Assembly (NCBI GenBank): GCA_034419075.1
Contig: DAOULR010000025.1
Coordinates: forward strand, 9,065-73,064
DNA from: Dehalococcoidales bacterium
GTDB lineage: Bacteria; Chloroflexota; Dehalococcoidia; Dehalococcoidales; BS750m-G39
DNA length: 64,000 nucleotides
Direction: 5' to 3'
The notes below the pieces were generated by a model. That model was not told where the DNA came from, ran no database searches, and saw only the letters and a program-made list of their open reading frames with translations. Made by a program: the position numbers and the translations under genes. This document shows, piece by piece, positions 44,090-54,463 of the stretch. Within the stretch, counting starts at the first letter, position 1, and each line of letters starts with the position of its first letter.

Positions 44090-45202
44090 CTAGACCATTA
44101 CCAGATTATTACGGTGCACCACCTCGGAGCCGTAATCGTAGCCGAGGATGGTGGCAATATTCTCCGAGTGGGCACCCTTGATAACGGCGATGTCCTTCGA
44201 GCTATAGTTGGTGATACCGCAGGCCAGGCGACAGCCCTCGGTGTCGCAAATGTTGACGATGTCACCGCGTCGGAACCTGCCCTCGACGTCTTTTATGCCC
44301 GCCGCCAGCAGACTCCGCTTCTGGTCTTTGAGCGCCGACACCGCCCCCGAATCCACCACCAGCTTGCCCTTGGTAGAAAGCCCGCTGAGCATCCAGCGCT
44401 GGCGGCTCTCCAGGCGGTCGGTCACGGGCAAAAATCGGGTACCGATAGACTCGCCATTTACTATCTTCAGGATGACTTCGGGCTCCCGGCCGTCGGCGAT
44501 AACCACCGTCACCCCCGAAGATGTTGCCAGCTTGGCCGCGGCTACCTTGGCTATCATCCCGCCCGTGCCCACTTTACTGGGGGTATCCGCCGCCAGACGC
44601 TCGATTTCGGCGTCTATCGTCTTCACCTCGGGGATGAGTTTGGCGTCGGGGTGGCGGTTGGGGTCGGCGGTATAAAGCCCACCGGTGTCGGTAAGAATCA
44701 AGAGCAAATCGGCGTCAACCAGGTTAGCCACCATCGCCGAGAGGTTATCGTTATCGCCGAAGACGGCTTCTCTAATCTCGTCAACGGCGACCACGTCGTT
44801 CTCGTTGACGATACATATTACCTTCAGCTCCAAGAGCGCCGTAAGAGTGTTGCGGGCGTTTAGGTAGGCCGCCCGGTCGAGGAGGTCGGCCTTGGCCAGC
44901 AGTGCCTGGGCCACGGTGATGTTATATTCGGCGAAGAGCTGCTCGTAGAGGTTCATCAGGCGGTGCTGCCCTACCGAGGCCATCACCTGCTTGAAGGGGA
45001 TGTCGCGGTCGCGCTTGCTCAAGCCCAGCGTGCTGCGGCCCGCCGCCATCGCCCCCGAGGAGACGAGAATCACCTCCCGCCCCTCCCCGTGCAGCTTGGC
45101 CAGCTGGGCCACCAGCCGGGACATTATCTCTTCGTCCAGGTTATCGCTACCGCCGGTGAGCAGACCGGTGCCGAACTTGGCTACTATTCGCTGGTAGTCC
45201 AT
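44090..45202 (-). CDS. proB: Glutamate 5-kinase (with PUA domain)
   Basis: 370 aa. IVAKFGTGLLT, VSSGAMAAG, FGDNDNLSA and a C-terminal PUA-like segment. Confidence 0.95.
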   Translation of the reverse strand: MDYQRIVAKFGTGLLTGGSDNLDEEIMSRLVAQLAKLHGEGREVILVSSGAMAAGRSTLGLSKRDRDIPFKQVMASVGQHRLMNLYEQLFAEYNITVAQALLAKADLLDRAAYLNARNTLTALLELKVICIVNENDVVAVDEIREAVFGDNDNLSAMVANLVDADLLLILTDTGGLYTADPNRHPDAKLIPEVKTIDAEIERLAADTPSKVGTGGMIAKVAAAKLATSSGVTVVIADGREPEVILKIVNGESIGTRFLPVTDRLESRQRWMLSGLSTKGKLVVDSGAVSALKDQKRSLLAAGIKDVEGRFRRGDIVNICDTEGCRLACGITNYSSKDIAVIKGAHSENIATILGYDYGSEVVHRNNLVMV

Positions 45203-45223
45203 ATCACCGACAATTATAGCAAA

Positions 45224-45252
45224 TTGCCTGCCCCCCTGTCCTGTGCTAGAAT
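45224..45252 (+). promoter_or_regulatory. Candidate promoter for mfd
   Basis: TTGCCT (45224-45229), 17 nt spacer ending in TGc, TAGAAT (45247-45252). Lies 54 nt upstream of the mfd ATG. Confidence 0.35.
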
Positions 45253-45306
45253 CTTGTTGAGGGCTATGTCGTATCGGCTAGCCCTAGAGGCGTTTGTGAA
45301 GCAAAA

Positions 45307-48300
45307 ATGAATTTAGCCAAACTTTTACAGCTAATTGAAGACATGCCCGAATACCGCCAGCTTGTCGACGAGCTGACGCTGGACGGCGAGACAAAGGCAC
45401 TGGCATTGGAGGCGGCCAAGCCCTATGTCATCGCGGCTCTGCATCAATCTCTGAGGCGGCCGATGGTGGCGGTCAGCGCCCAGCCGGAGAGGTGCGGCCA
45501 GCTTTATGAGCAAATCGTGAGATGGGGAGCGGAGGCAAGGCTCTTCCCTGAGCCCGACGCCCTGCCCTACGAGCGCATTAGCGCCGATGCCAGCACCGAA
45601 TTGGAGAGGGTGCAGGCCCTGTCGGCACTGGTGGGGATGGACGGGCAGAGTCCTCCCTTAATCGTTGTTTCCGCCGCCGCGCTTATGGGAAAGCTGACGC
45701 CACACCAAGATTTTAGCGCCACCGTCCACACGGTGAAGCCGGGCATGGAGATAGAGATTTTCAAGCTGCTGGAGAAGTGGCAGGCGATGGGCTATAGACT
45801 GGAAAGCACGGTGGAGCTGCCGGGGACAATTGCCCACCGCGGCGGCATCGTCGATATCTATCCACCCACCAGTGAGCTGCCCGCCCGACTGGAGTTCTTG
45901 GGCAATACCATCGAAAGTATGAGACTCTTCGAACCCGCCAGCCAGCGTTCGTCAAACGCAATCGAATCATTGGCTATCGGGCCAGCTACGGAGCTATTGG
46001 CGCCGCTGGTGAAGACAAAGGCCGAATTAGAAGCGATAGTTAAAACCATAAAGCTGGCTAACTGCACTGCCGAGGTAAGACGGCAGTACGAGCGGGATTT
46101 GGAGATGCTGACCGAAAAGCAACTGGACGACCTTTCGTTCTACGCTCCTTTGTTTAACACCGACAGCCTGCTCGACTTTTTGCCTCAAGACTGCCTGCTG
46201 GTGCTCGACGAGTTGCCCAACATTGAGCAGGCCATCGATGACCTTGAAGAGCAGGCCGAGCAGCTGCGCGCCGACAAGCTGGAGCGAAAAGAGCTGCCCA
46301 TAAACTTCCCCCAGCCCTATTTCGGCTGGAAGGAGCTGGAGCCGAAGATAATGAAAAAATCGCGCCTGCGGCTTACCGCCTGGGGCCTAGAGAAAGCAGA
46401 AGACGCCCACAAATTAAGTTTTTCCACCGTTCCCGGCTACGCCGGACAGCTGCCCGCCTTCATCAAGAAGGTAAAGCAGTTGCTGGGGCGGAAGAAGCGT
46501 TTGGTAGTAGTCAGCCACCAGGCCAGCCGCCTCGCCGAGCTTTTGGAACAAGAGGATATAATGGCTGCGCCCGTCGAGGAGGTGAAAGAAATACCCCCGC
46601 CCGCCTCGTTGACGTTGATTCAGGGGCTGCTGGGGGAGGGGTGGTTAATGAACGGCGACAGCTATCTCTTCACCGACGCCGAAATCTTCGGCTTCATCAA
46701 GCAGCGACGGCTGGTGAAAAGACGTCCCGTACCCCACCACCAGTTCCTCATTGAGCTTACGCCCGGAGACTACGTGGTGCATATCGAGCACGGCATCGCC
46801 AAGTTCGCCGGCGTCACCAAAATGGGAGAGGACAACGGCCAACGGGAATACCTTGTCCTGAAGTACGCCGCCAACGACAGATTATACGTCCCCACCGACC
46901 AGATTGACCGCGTCAACCGATATGTCGGCGCCGGCGACCAGCCCCCCACCCTCTCCCGCCTGGGCACGCAGGAGTGGTACAAGACCAAGCAGAAGGTAAA
47001 GGAATCGGTGGAGGAGGTCGCCCAGGAATTGCTGGCCCTCTACGCCGCCCGCGAGGTCGTGCCCGGTTTTACCTTTTCCAAGGACAGCGTCTGGCAGCAG
47101 GAACTGGAGGCATCATTCCCCTATGTGGAGACGCCCGACCAGATGGAGGCCCAGGCCGAGGTCAAGGCCGACATGGAGAAAGCCAGTCCTATGGACAGGC
47201 TGGTCTGCGGGGACGTGGGCTACGGCAAGACCGAGGTCGCCATCCGCGCCGCTTTCAAGGCGGTTATGGACGGTAAGCAGGTGGCGGTGCTGGTGCCGAC
47301 GACGGTGCTCGCCCAGCAGCACTTCGCCACTTTCAAGGAAAGGCTGGAGGCCTTCCCGGTGCGCATCGAGGTCTTGAGCCGCTTCAAGACGCACCGAGAG
47401 CAAGAGGCTATCGTCAAAGGTCTGGCCAGCGGCAGCGTCGATATCTGCATCGGCACTCACCGCCTGTTGCAGAAGGACATCGCCTTCAAGAACCTGGGGC
47501 TTTTAATCATTGACGAGGAGCAGCGCTTCGGCGTGGCCCACAAGGAGCATCTAAAGAAAATGAGGCAGGAGGTGGACGTCCTGACTCTGAGCGCCACCCC
47601 CATCCCCCGCACCCTGCACATGTCGCTGGTGGGGGTGCGGGACATGAGCACCATGGAGACGCCGCCCGAGCAGCGCCTGCCCATCAAGACCTATGTTGCC
47701 CGCTACGACGAGCGGCTGGTCAGAGAAGCTATTTTGCGGGAGCTGGAGCGCAACGGGCAGGTATTCTTTGTCCACAACCGCGTGCAGAGCATTGACTTCA
47801 TCGCCGCCAAGCTGCAGGACTTGGTGCCCGAGGCCAGAACCTCTATCGCCCACGGCCAGATGCCCGAGGCAGAGCTGGAGAGGGTGATGAGCGATTTCGC
47901 CCAGGGCAAGAGCGATATACTGGTCTGCTCTACCATCATCGAGTCGGGGCTGGACATGCCCAACGTCAACACGTTGATTGTCAACCGCGCCGACCGCTTC
48001 GGGCTGACCCAGCTCTATCAACTGCGGGGCCGCGTGGGGCGGGGAGCCAACCTGGCCCACGCCTATTTCCTCTACGAAAAGGGCAAGATGCTCACCCCCA
48101 CCGCCGAGAAGCGCCTAAAGACCATCTTTGAAGCCACCGAGCTTGGGGCGGGCTTCAACATCGCCCTCAAGGACCTGGAAATCAGGGGGGCGGGGACGCT
48201 CTTGGGGGTAAGGCAGAGCGGATTTATCAGCGCCGTCGGCTTCAGCCTCTACACGCGGCTTCTGGCCGAGGCGGTGGAATCGCAGCGGACGAAGAAAGCA

Positions 48301-48753
48301 GGCAAGCCTGAAATAAAGAAATCCCCCCTCCCCCCACCCACCATTGACTTGCCGCTCAAAGCCCTTATCCCCGAGGACTATGTCGCCGATGTCGAGACGC
48401 GGTTAAGCCTCTACCAGAAGCTGGCCAGGGTTGACAAAATGGAGCAGATAGAAGGTCTTGCGCAGGAGTTCGGCGACAGGTTCGGCAAACTGCCGGTTGA
48501 GGTCAAAAACCTGCTTTACGCGTTGAGGATTAAGCTCCTGGCAGCAAGGGCGGGCGTGGAATCGGTCAGCACCGAGGACGGGCAGATTATCATCAGACTC
48601 TTTGAGGGGATGCAGCTCGACAGGGAGAAGCTAGAGCCGCTTCTGGGCGAGGGCGTGACGACGGGCAAGAGGCAAGTGAGTATAAGGTATAAGGGGGTGG
48701 AGGGGTGGAGAGGGGTTTTGGAGGGTATTTTAAGTAGAAAATTGTTGGGGTAA
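45307..48753 (+). CDS. mfd: Transcription-repair coupling factor
   Basis: 1148 aa. CarD-like region ([14 protein letters not shown]), helicase motifs [18 protein letters not shown] and [10 protein letters not shown], and a TRG-like region. Confidence 0.95.
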   Translation: MNLAKLLQLIEDMPEYRQLVDELTLDGETKALALEAAKPYVIAALHQSLRRPMVAVSAQPERCGQLYEQIVRWGAEARLFPEPDALPYERISADASTELERVQALSALVGMDGQSPPLIVVSAAALMGKLTPHQDFSATVHTVKPGMEIEIFKLLEKWQAMGYRLESTVELPGTIAHRGGIVDIYPPTSELPARLEFLGNTIESMRLFEPASQRSSNAIESLAIGPATELLAPLVKTKAELEAIVKTIKLANCTAEVRRQYERDLEMLTEKQLDDLSFYAPLFNTDSLLDFLPQDCLLVLDELPNIEQAIDDLEEQAEQLRADKLERKELPINFPQPYFGWKELEPKIMKKSRLRLTAWGLEKAEDAHKLSFSTVPGYAGQLPAFIKKVKQLLGRKKRLVVVSHQASRLAELLEQEDIMAAPVEEVKEIPPPASLTLIQGLLGEGWLMNGDSYLFTDAEIFGFIKQRRLVKRRPVPHHQFLIELTPGDYVVHIEHGIAKFAGVTKMGEDNGQREYLVLKYAANDRLYVPTDQIDRVNRYVGAGDQPPTLSRLGTQEWYKTKQKVKESVEEVAQELLALYAAREVVPGFTFSKDSVWQQELEASFPYVETPDQMEAQAEVKADMEKASPMDRLVCGDVGYGKTEVAIRAAFKAVMDGKQVAVLVPTTVLAQQHFATFKERLEAFPVRIEVLSRFKTHREQEAIVKGLASGSVDICIGTHRLLQKDIAFKNLGLLIIDEEQRFGVAHKEHLKKMRQEVDVLTLSATPIPRTLHMSLVGVRDMSTMETPPEQRLPIKTYVARYDERLVREAILRELERNGQVFFVHNRVQSIDFIAAKLQDLVPEARTSIAHGQMPEAELERVMSDFAQGKSDILVCSTIIESGLDMPNVNTLIVNRADRFGLTQLYQLRGRVGRGANLAHAYFLYEKGKMLTPTAEKRLKTIFEATELGAGFNIALKDLEIRGAGTLLGVRQSGFISAVGFSLYTRLLAEAVESQRTKKAGKPEIKKSPLPPPTIDLPLKALIPEDYVADVETRLSLYQKLARVDKMEQIEGLAQEFGDRFGKLPVEVKNLLYALRIKLLAARAGVESVSTEDGQIIIRLFEGMQLDREKLEPLLGEGVTTGKRQVSIRYKGVEGWRGVLEGILSRKLLG

Positions 48754-48800
48754 GAAAAGACCAAATAAAACAAAGGCAAAAACTTCAAGTTAGTAATTTT

Positions 48801-50471
48801 CTACGTCTTTGATGTTTTTCTTATAATTCCTAGTTTTGCTACAAGTTCAGTTCCTTTTGCTACAATATCTGACTCACCCAATAACTCATATTCCTTTTTG
48901 ACTTTTTCAAGAGAACTAATTAATGCTTCTTCATCTCCTGGTATTTCTATCTCTGATAGGTCTATATGTCTTGGGTTATTCTTGTTTGTTAATGCCTGTG
49001 CATATACCATCGCAACATACCAACGCAAATTAGACCTATGGTAGCGTATAGGAATTTGTTTTGACAGGAATTGGTCAACCTTTTTAATTAATAGGGCACA
49101 GTTTACAAAAAGATTCAATGAATATTTGGGATTGAATACTCTTTCGTATTCTTTCTTTAAAACTGTTGTTGGTCTACCTTTTGCATCGTCCGGTCTTTGT
49201 AGTAACACTGAAATAACAGTTTGCGCTAGAATCATTGGGCGCAGAATTTGCGAAATACGGACGCCCTCATTTTTATAATAATTTCTTCTTCTATCATAAT
49301 AAAGATTATAAGCCCTCAAGACACCTTCAATTTGTCTATGAATTTTTTCAGTCATATGTAAGCTAAATTCGGGCACCACAGTCTGACTATTTGTTGCTCT
49401 TATTATATGGTCTGAGATTTCTGGCTCTTCCGTCACTATAATACGAACTAGCACATCTCTACTCTCTTTTGTTTTGTCCTTTAGTGAGCGAACATAATCA
49501 TATATACAATGAGATGTTTGCAAACCATTTACAACTAAAGGATTTTCAACACTAAGCGTTCCGCCCTCATTAGGGGCCTTAGACGCTATAATGGTAACAC
49601 CATTGTTTAACCACCAAAAATCCTCTAGCGGAGTTTTATCTTCAAGGGTATCTTGAATAGCTTTGTTTACTGGAATCATATCTAGCCAATCTCGGACATT
49701 GGCTTCAAATAATTCATTTCGTAAGTCACCTTCTTCGGTAGTGATGAATTTATAATATTCAACAATTGGCACAAGACATACCCAAGAGGTTTTTCGAGAA
49801 GTCGATGATTCTACTAAAAGTGGGAACTTTTTTAGGGGATGTTTGCTGATAATTTTAAGAAGTTCTGCAGCGCCAATGAAAATAAAGGACACTTTAGCTT
49901 GTGAAAAATGACTTTTAGCTTTAGATATGATTCTATCTTTATGCCCTTCTAGGCTCTTGTTAATTACTCCAGTATCACCTTTGCATATATAATAGTATGA
50001 GATTGTAAATTCTTGTATTCCAGTACAGAATTCACGATATTTCTTTTTAAACATTTCCATGATAGATAGAAGGTCTTCATTGTACTCCCCCGAAAATTTA
50101 TCTTTCCCGTAAGATAAGTTAAGCAAGTCTTCCGTTAGGAGATTTAGTTTCTCCATACGTTTTTCGTTGAAGCCATCTTCCATAGAGGATTGAATAAGTA
50201 TAAGGTCTGCTCTTGTTACTGCTTTTCGGTCAAACTCCATTTCATCAGAAACGAATCGCCTATTAATTAAGAAATAAATACTATCTAAGCCTCCATCGTT
50301 TCCTCCTCCAACTTGACCAGACGCTACTTCATCATCGGTTGGTACAAAATCCTTTAAAGCTTGTTCTGCAGTAAATAATTCAAAAAATTTACTCTCGCTA
50401 ATTTCAGACGCACGTTCTTCCCAAATTTCCTTATAGATTGCATCTAGGGTAATTATGTCATTAATAGGCAT
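48801..50471 (-). CDS. AIPR-family (abortive infection phage resistance) protein
   Basis: 556 aa from the ATG at 50471, where GGAGG lies 7 nt upstream (the track ORF extends to 50507). GGGNDGGLDSIYF and VVNGLQTS motifs, which I recall as characteristic of AIPR (PF10592) proteins. Strongly AT-rich (counted lines 40% and 28% GC). Confidence 0.65.
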   Translation of the reverse strand: MPINDIITLDAIYKEIWEERASEISESKFFELFTAEQALKDFVPTDDEVASGQVGGGNDGGLDSIYFLINRRFVSDEMEFDRKAVTRADLILIQSSMEDGFNEKRMEKLNLLTEDLLNLSYGKDKFSGEYNEDLLSIMEMFKKKYREFCTGIQEFTISYYYICKGDTGVINKSLEGHKDRIISKAKSHFSQAKVSFIFIGAAELLKIISKHPLKKFPLLVESSTSRKTSWVCLVPIVEYYKFITTEEGDLRNELFEANVRDWLDMIPVNKAIQDTLEDKTPLEDFWWLNNGVTIIASKAPNEGGTLSVENPLVVNGLQTSHCIYDYVRSLKDKTKESRDVLVRIIVTEEPEISDHIIRATNSQTVVPEFSLHMTEKIHRQIEGVLRAYNLYYDRRRNYYKNEGVRISQILRPMILAQTVISVLLQRPDDAKGRPTTVLKKEYERVFNPKYSLNLFVNCALLIKKVDQFLSKQIPIRYHRSNLRWYVAMVYAQALTNKNNPRHIDLSEIEIPGDEEALISSLEKVKKEYELLGESDIVAKGTELVAKLGIIRKTSKT

Positions 50472-50626
50472 AGGTTTGCCTCCGCTTGTATAGTTAGATA
50501 TAATCATACTCCCCCATTTTACTGTGTCAAGTATATTGATGCCTTTTTAAAGGGAGACTCCCTATTTACTATCAGTGAAAAAACGGTTACAATGTGGGCT
50601 AACAAACAAGGAGGTGAAAGACCGAT

Positions 50627-51001
50627 ATGTTTTGTTCGCAATGCGGTGAGAAAAACCCCGACAATGCCAAATTCTGCTCCAAATGCGGCGCGGCTCTAAA
50701 GGCAGCGGCGGCGCCGGCAAAGCCCGCCCCCGCCCCCACTAAAGCCGCGGCGACGGGAGAGCGGACCAGCGGCATGGCTATTGCCGCGCTCATTATGGGA
50801 ATACTGGGTTTCCTCACATTCGGCCCTCTGGCTATCCTGGCCATCATCTTCGGCGCTATCGGGATAGGTCAGGCCAATAAAGACCCCAGCCTCAAGGGTA
50901 AGGGCATGGCCGTAGCCGGGCTGGTGCTGGGCATTATTGCCATCGCCGGCTGGGTAATAACTTTAATCTTCTGGGGCTCGTTCTTCTGGTGGTTTATTTA
51001 G
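50627..51001 (+). CDS. Zinc-ribbon plus DUF4190-like small membrane protein
   Basis: MFCSQCGEKNPDNAKFCSKCGAAL zinc ribbon, a Pro/Ala linker, then two TM helices (SGMAIAALIMGILGFL...AGLVLGIIAIAGW). Confidence 0.7.
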   Translation: MFCSQCGEKNPDNAKFCSKCGAALKAAAAPAKPAPAPTKAAATGERTSGMAIAALIMGILGFLTFGPLAILAIIFGAIGIGQANKDPSLKGKGMAVAGLVLGIIAIAGWVITLIFWGSFFWWFI

Positions 51002-51034
51002 TCCACCATAGAGAAATAGTTGTTAAACAGACTA

Positions 51035-51061
51035 AAAGAGGGGCGTTGCCCCTCTTTTTTC
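51035..51061. terminator. Bidirectional rho-independent terminator
   Basis: aaaagaggggc-gtt-gcccctctttttt between the convergent genes ending at 51001 (+) and 51091 (-). Confidence 0.8.
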
Positions 51062-51090
51062 TATCTCGACGCAGGATATAGATTATTCGG

Positions 51091-51348
51091 TCAGTCCTTG
51101 ACGCCGCGGTCATGAATATAGTCAACGGCATCCTGGACGGTGGCTATCTTCTCCGCATCCTCATCCGGTATTTCAACCTTCGAGCCTTCCTCGCTGAACT
51201 CCTCTTCCAGACTCATTACCAGTTCGACCAGGTCCAGGGAATCGGCGCCCAGGTCATCAACAAAATTGGCCGAAGGAACGACTTCCTCTTCATCCACGCC
51301 TAGCTGCTCGACAACTATCTTTTTCACCCTCTCAAAAACTGTGGCCAT
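51091..51348 (-). CDS. acpP: Acyl carrier protein
   Basis: 85 aa. [13 protein letters not shown] carries the phosphopantetheine Ser motif (DSL). Confidence 0.9.
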   Translation of the reverse strand: MATVFERVKKIVVEQLGVDEEEVVPSANFVDDLGADSLDLVELVMSLEEEFSEEGSKVEIPDEDAEKIATVQDAVDYIHDRGVKD

Positions 51349-51364
51349 TTTCTATGCTACCTCC

Positions 51365-51781
51365 CTAATCTTTCTCTCTAGAAGCGAGTCGGCTAACCGA
51401 GCCCAGGACACCGTTAACGAACTTAGGTGAGTTGTTGCTGCCAAAGAGCTTAGCCAGCTCAACCGCTTCGTTTATAGCGACCTTAATTGGCACACTATTA
51501 TCAAGCAAAATTTCAAATATTGCAAGTCTCAGGATATTCCGGTCCACCAACGATACCTGTTCCAGCGGCCAGGCGGTGGCGAACCTCTTAATGTACTCGT
51601 CTATTTTATCCCTATTCTCAAGCACTCCGCTGGTCAGATGGCGGGCAAAGACGACGTTTTCCTCATTCAGCCTGCCGTCTTCCAGAAAAGGGGCTAAAGC
51701 CCGTTCCATCTCGTGCCCTACGGAGTCGACCTCGTACAAAACCTGCAGGGCTATTACCCGAGCTTTACGCCGTAACCCCAT
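51365..51781 (-). CDS. nusB: Transcription antitermination factor NusB
   Basis: 138 aa. RRKARVIALQVLYE ... DRNILRLAIFEIL ... VAINEAVELAK. Confidence 0.9.
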   Translation of the reverse strand: MGLRRKARVIALQVLYEVDSVGHEMERALAPFLEDGRLNEENVVFARHLTSGVLENRDKIDEYIKRFATAWPLEQVSLVDRNILRLAIFEILLDNSVPIKVAINEAVELAKLFGSNNSPKFVNGVLGSVSRLASREKD

Positions 51782-51871
51782 GGCCTTCCTCTAAAATTAA
51801 CCACATATTATAGCACTTAATTTTAAATACGCAAGCGGTGAAATATCAAGCGTCGCCACCGACAGCCCCGG

Positions 51872-52609
51872 TTACATGCCCCCGGTAACCCCCAGGACCT
51901 GCCCGGTGATATAGGCCGCCCCTTCGGAGGCGAGGAAGAGGACGGCCTCGGCCACGTCGCGGGGGGTGCCGAACTCGCCCTGCGGGATGAGCCTCTTCAG
52001 TTCCTGGCGCCAGTCCTCTTTTAGCCCCCGCGTCATCTCGGTATCGATAAAACCGGGGGCGACGGCATTGACGGTAACGCCGTGAGAAGCCACCTCTTTG
52101 GCCACGGCGCGGGTAAAGCCGATAACGCCCGCCTTAGCCGCGGCGTAGTTGGCCTGGCCCTTATTACCGATAACGCCGACAATGCTGGAGATATTGACAA
52201 TTCGACCCCAGCGCTGTTTCGCCATCGGCCGCAAAACAGCCTTGGTACAGAGGAAAACACTCTTTAAGTCCACGGCGATGACCTTATCCCAGTCCTCTTC
52301 CGACATGCGCAGTATGAGCTGGTCGCGGGCGATGCCGGCGTTATTCACCAGTATGTCAACGCGCTTAAAGGCGGACAGTGTCTCGTCAACGAGGCGGTCG
52401 ACATCTTTGGCCTTACTGACATCGGCCATAACCTGCAGGCTTTCCACACCCATGGTCTTGATTTCCTTGGCCACCGCCTCCACCGGTTTTACGTCGCCGA
52501 TATCGTTAAGCACTACCCTGATGCCCGACTCGGCTAATTTCAGGGCGATAACCCGCCCGATTCCCCGACCGCTGCCGGTGACTATGGCTACCCTGCTCGA
52601 AATATTCAT
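51872..52609 (-). CDS. fabG: 3-oxoacyl-ACP reductase
   Basis: 245 aa SDR. TGSGRGIG, NNAG and YAAAKAG (YxxxK) motifs. Adjacent to fabD. Confidence 0.9.
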   Translation of the reverse strand: MNISSRVAIVTGSGRGIGRVIALKLAESGIRVVLNDIGDVKPVEAVAKEIKTMGVESLQVMADVSKAKDVDRLVDETLSAFKRVDILVNNAGIARDQLILRMSEEDWDKVIAVDLKSVFLCTKAVLRPMAKQRWGRIVNISSIVGVIGNKGQANYAAAKAGVIGFTRAVAKEVASHGVTVNAVAPGFIDTEMTRGLKEDWRQELKRLIPQGEFGTPRDVAEAVLFLASEGAAYITGQVLGVTGGM

Positions 52610-52624
52610 CTTTAACCTCGCTCC

Positions 52625-53557
52625 CTAATCGACGCTGAAATTCCGTACCGATTCAACATCGCCGATATTAAGGATTTTAACATCCCTGTCAATACGCTTG
52701 ATTAATCCCGCCAGAACCTTGCCCGGCCCGATTTCGATAAAGGTGGAAACGCCCCTTGCTATCATATATTCCACCGAGCGCTGCCACTGGACGCAGTTGC
52801 AGAGCTGGTAGAGCAGTTCTTCCTTGACCGCCGGAGCGGTGGCGAGGGGCTGGGCGGTGGTGTTGCCGATGATGGGGGTGGTGGGGTCTCTAAACTCAAG
52901 TTTGGCGATGATTTTAGCCATACCGTCGACGGCGGGCCGCATCAGCGGGGTGTGAAAGGCGCCGCTGACCTGCAGAGGGATGGCGCGGTGCGCCCCCTTA
53001 TCTTTAGCCAGTTCCACCGCCTTATTGATACTATCCTCGGCGCCGCTGATGACCGTCTGACCCGGGCAGTTAAAATTGGCGACCTGGGCACCGGTCTTGG
53101 CACAAAGCTCGGTCAGCGGCGCCTCGTCGAGGCCGATTATAGCCGCCATGCCGCCGGGGGTCATCTGTCCCGCTTCGTGCATCAGTCGTCCGCGCTCCCG
53201 CGACAGATAAACGGCGTCGGCGAAGTCGAGCACGCCCGCCGCCGCCAGTGCCGTGTATTCGCCCAGGCTGTGGCCAGCGACAAAGCTGGGAGAAGGCAAA
53301 CCGACGCCCGCCTCGCGGCAGGCCTCCAGGCAGGCAAAGCTGGCGGTTACTATGGCCGGCTGAGCGTTAATCGTCTGGCGCAGTTCCTCCTCGGGGCCAT
53401 CGAAGCAGAGCCGAGAAAGAGGAAAGCCCAGGGCCTGGTCAGCCTGATCGAAAACGTCTTTAGCCAACTCGAAGTCCTGGTAGAGGTCGCGCCCCATGCC
53501 CACCGATTGAGCACCCTGCCCGGGAAAGACATAGGCTGCCTTAACTAGTTCAGCCAT
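52625..53557 (-). CDS. fabD: Malonyl CoA-ACP transacylase
   Basis: 310 aa. FPGQGAQSVGMG, GHSLGEY (active-site Ser) and VSGAFHTPLM. Confidence 0.9.
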   Translation of the reverse strand: MAELVKAAYVFPGQGAQSVGMGRDLYQDFELAKDVFDQADQALGFPLSRLCFDGPEEELRQTINAQPAIVTASFACLEACREAGVGLPSPSFVAGHSLGEYTALAAAGVLDFADAVYLSRERGRLMHEAGQMTPGGMAAIIGLDEAPLTELCAKTGAQVANFNCPGQTVISGAEDSINKAVELAKDKGAHRAIPLQVSGAFHTPLMRPAVDGMAKIIAKLEFRDPTTPIIGNTTAQPLATAPAVKEELLYQLCNCVQWQRSVEYMIARGVSTFIEIGPGKVLAGLIKRIDRDVKILNIGDVESVRNFSVD

Positions 53558-53589
53558 AGCATCCTTTCTCCAAACATCCTAAAAACGGG

Positions 53590-53793
53590 TTAAGCCGCGG
53601 GCTTCTTCTTGGGGGTCTTAACCTCGATGACATCACGGCCCGCATAGCTGCCGCAGGTGGGACAGGCATGATGAGGTAGCTTGAGGCTATGGCACTGGGG
53701 GCATTCTTCCAGGGCGGGGGGATTAGCTGCCAGATGGCTGCGCCTCTTGCCCTGGCGCGCCTTAGTGGTTTTTCTTTTCGGTAAAGCTCCCAT
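53590..53793 (-). CDS. rpmF: 50S ribosomal protein L32
   Basis: 67 aa. LPKRKTTKARQGKRRSH with CPQC...CPTCG zinc ribbon. Confidence 0.9.
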   Translation of the reverse strand: MGALPKRKTTKARQGKRRSHLAANPPALEECPQCHSLKLPHHACPTCGSYAGRDVIEVKTPKKKPAA

Positions 53794-53826
53794 AACTAAA
53801 GTGTTCCTTTCTCTCGGCCAAGGCCG

Positions 53827-54345
53827 TCACTGGCTGAGACCGATGTGCTTCAGTTTGGCCCAGCGAGGGTCGGCTTCCGGGGGCAGGCACTGGCACTCCC
53901 CCAGGTTAAGATTCTGCCCACAAACGGGGCACAAGCCGGCGCAGTCCGGGCGGCAGAGGGGTTTCATTGGGACCGCCATCAGGGCGTACTGGTGCACGGC
54001 CTCGGTTAAATCGAGCTCGTGGTTTTCGTCGATGGTAAAAAGTCCAGGCTCGTCGGGAATGGTCAGCGACGCGCCGCTGACGACGTCCACGGTGGGAAAA
54101 TACTCCTCTTCTATTTTCAGCGTCAGCGGGCAGGGGAACGGGTTCAGGCAGCGGCTGCAGGTCAGTTCGACGTCAGTATTTAGCACGCCCTCGACCAAAA
54201 TGCCACGGTCGGTGCGCGTCAGGCTGACCTTGCCTTTAAGGCGACTGGTGTTGCCGTAACCGGTAACATCCATAACCAGGTCGACATCGTGCTCTTTGAC
54301 GGTGCCGATGGCCGACCTGAGCTGCTGGGCTACATTGATTTGCAT
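53827..54345 (-). CDS. YceD/DUF177 family protein
   Basis: 172 aa. C-terminal CRPDCAGLCPVCGQNLN and position upstream of rpmF are the classic YceD arrangement. Confidence 0.85.
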   Translation of the reverse strand: MQINVAQQLRSAIGTVKEHDVDLVMDVTGYGNTSRLKGKVSLTRTDRGILVEGVLNTDVELTCSRCLNPFPCPLTLKIEEEYFPTVDVVSGASLTIPDEPGLFTIDENHELDLTEAVHQYALMAVPMKPLCRPDCAGLCPVCGQNLNLGECQCLPPEADPRWAKLKHIGLSQ

Positions 54346-54433
54346 TTAATAATATCCCTCCAGGGGAGATAAAACTCTATCATTATAAGCCAGCTATACT
54401 GGCGACTGTCAAGCTGAACTCAGTACTCTTAGT

Positions 54434-54460
54434 GTCACCCTGAGCATAGCGAAGGGTCTC
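54434..54460. repeat. Hairpin repeat family A, single unit
   Basis: gtcaccctgagcatagcgaagggtctc, the same architecture as 7620-7646. Abuts a family B element. Confidence 0.7.
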
Positions 54461-54463
54461 TTT

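Noticed and set aside
48754-50626. Short shared motif aaagacc(a/g)a on both flanks of the AIPR island (around 48758 and 50615), considered as a possible target-site duplication.
   Set aside because: It is only 7-8 nt, imperfect and A-rich, so it is easily explained by chance. No inverted repeats or integrase support a defined mobile-element boundary.
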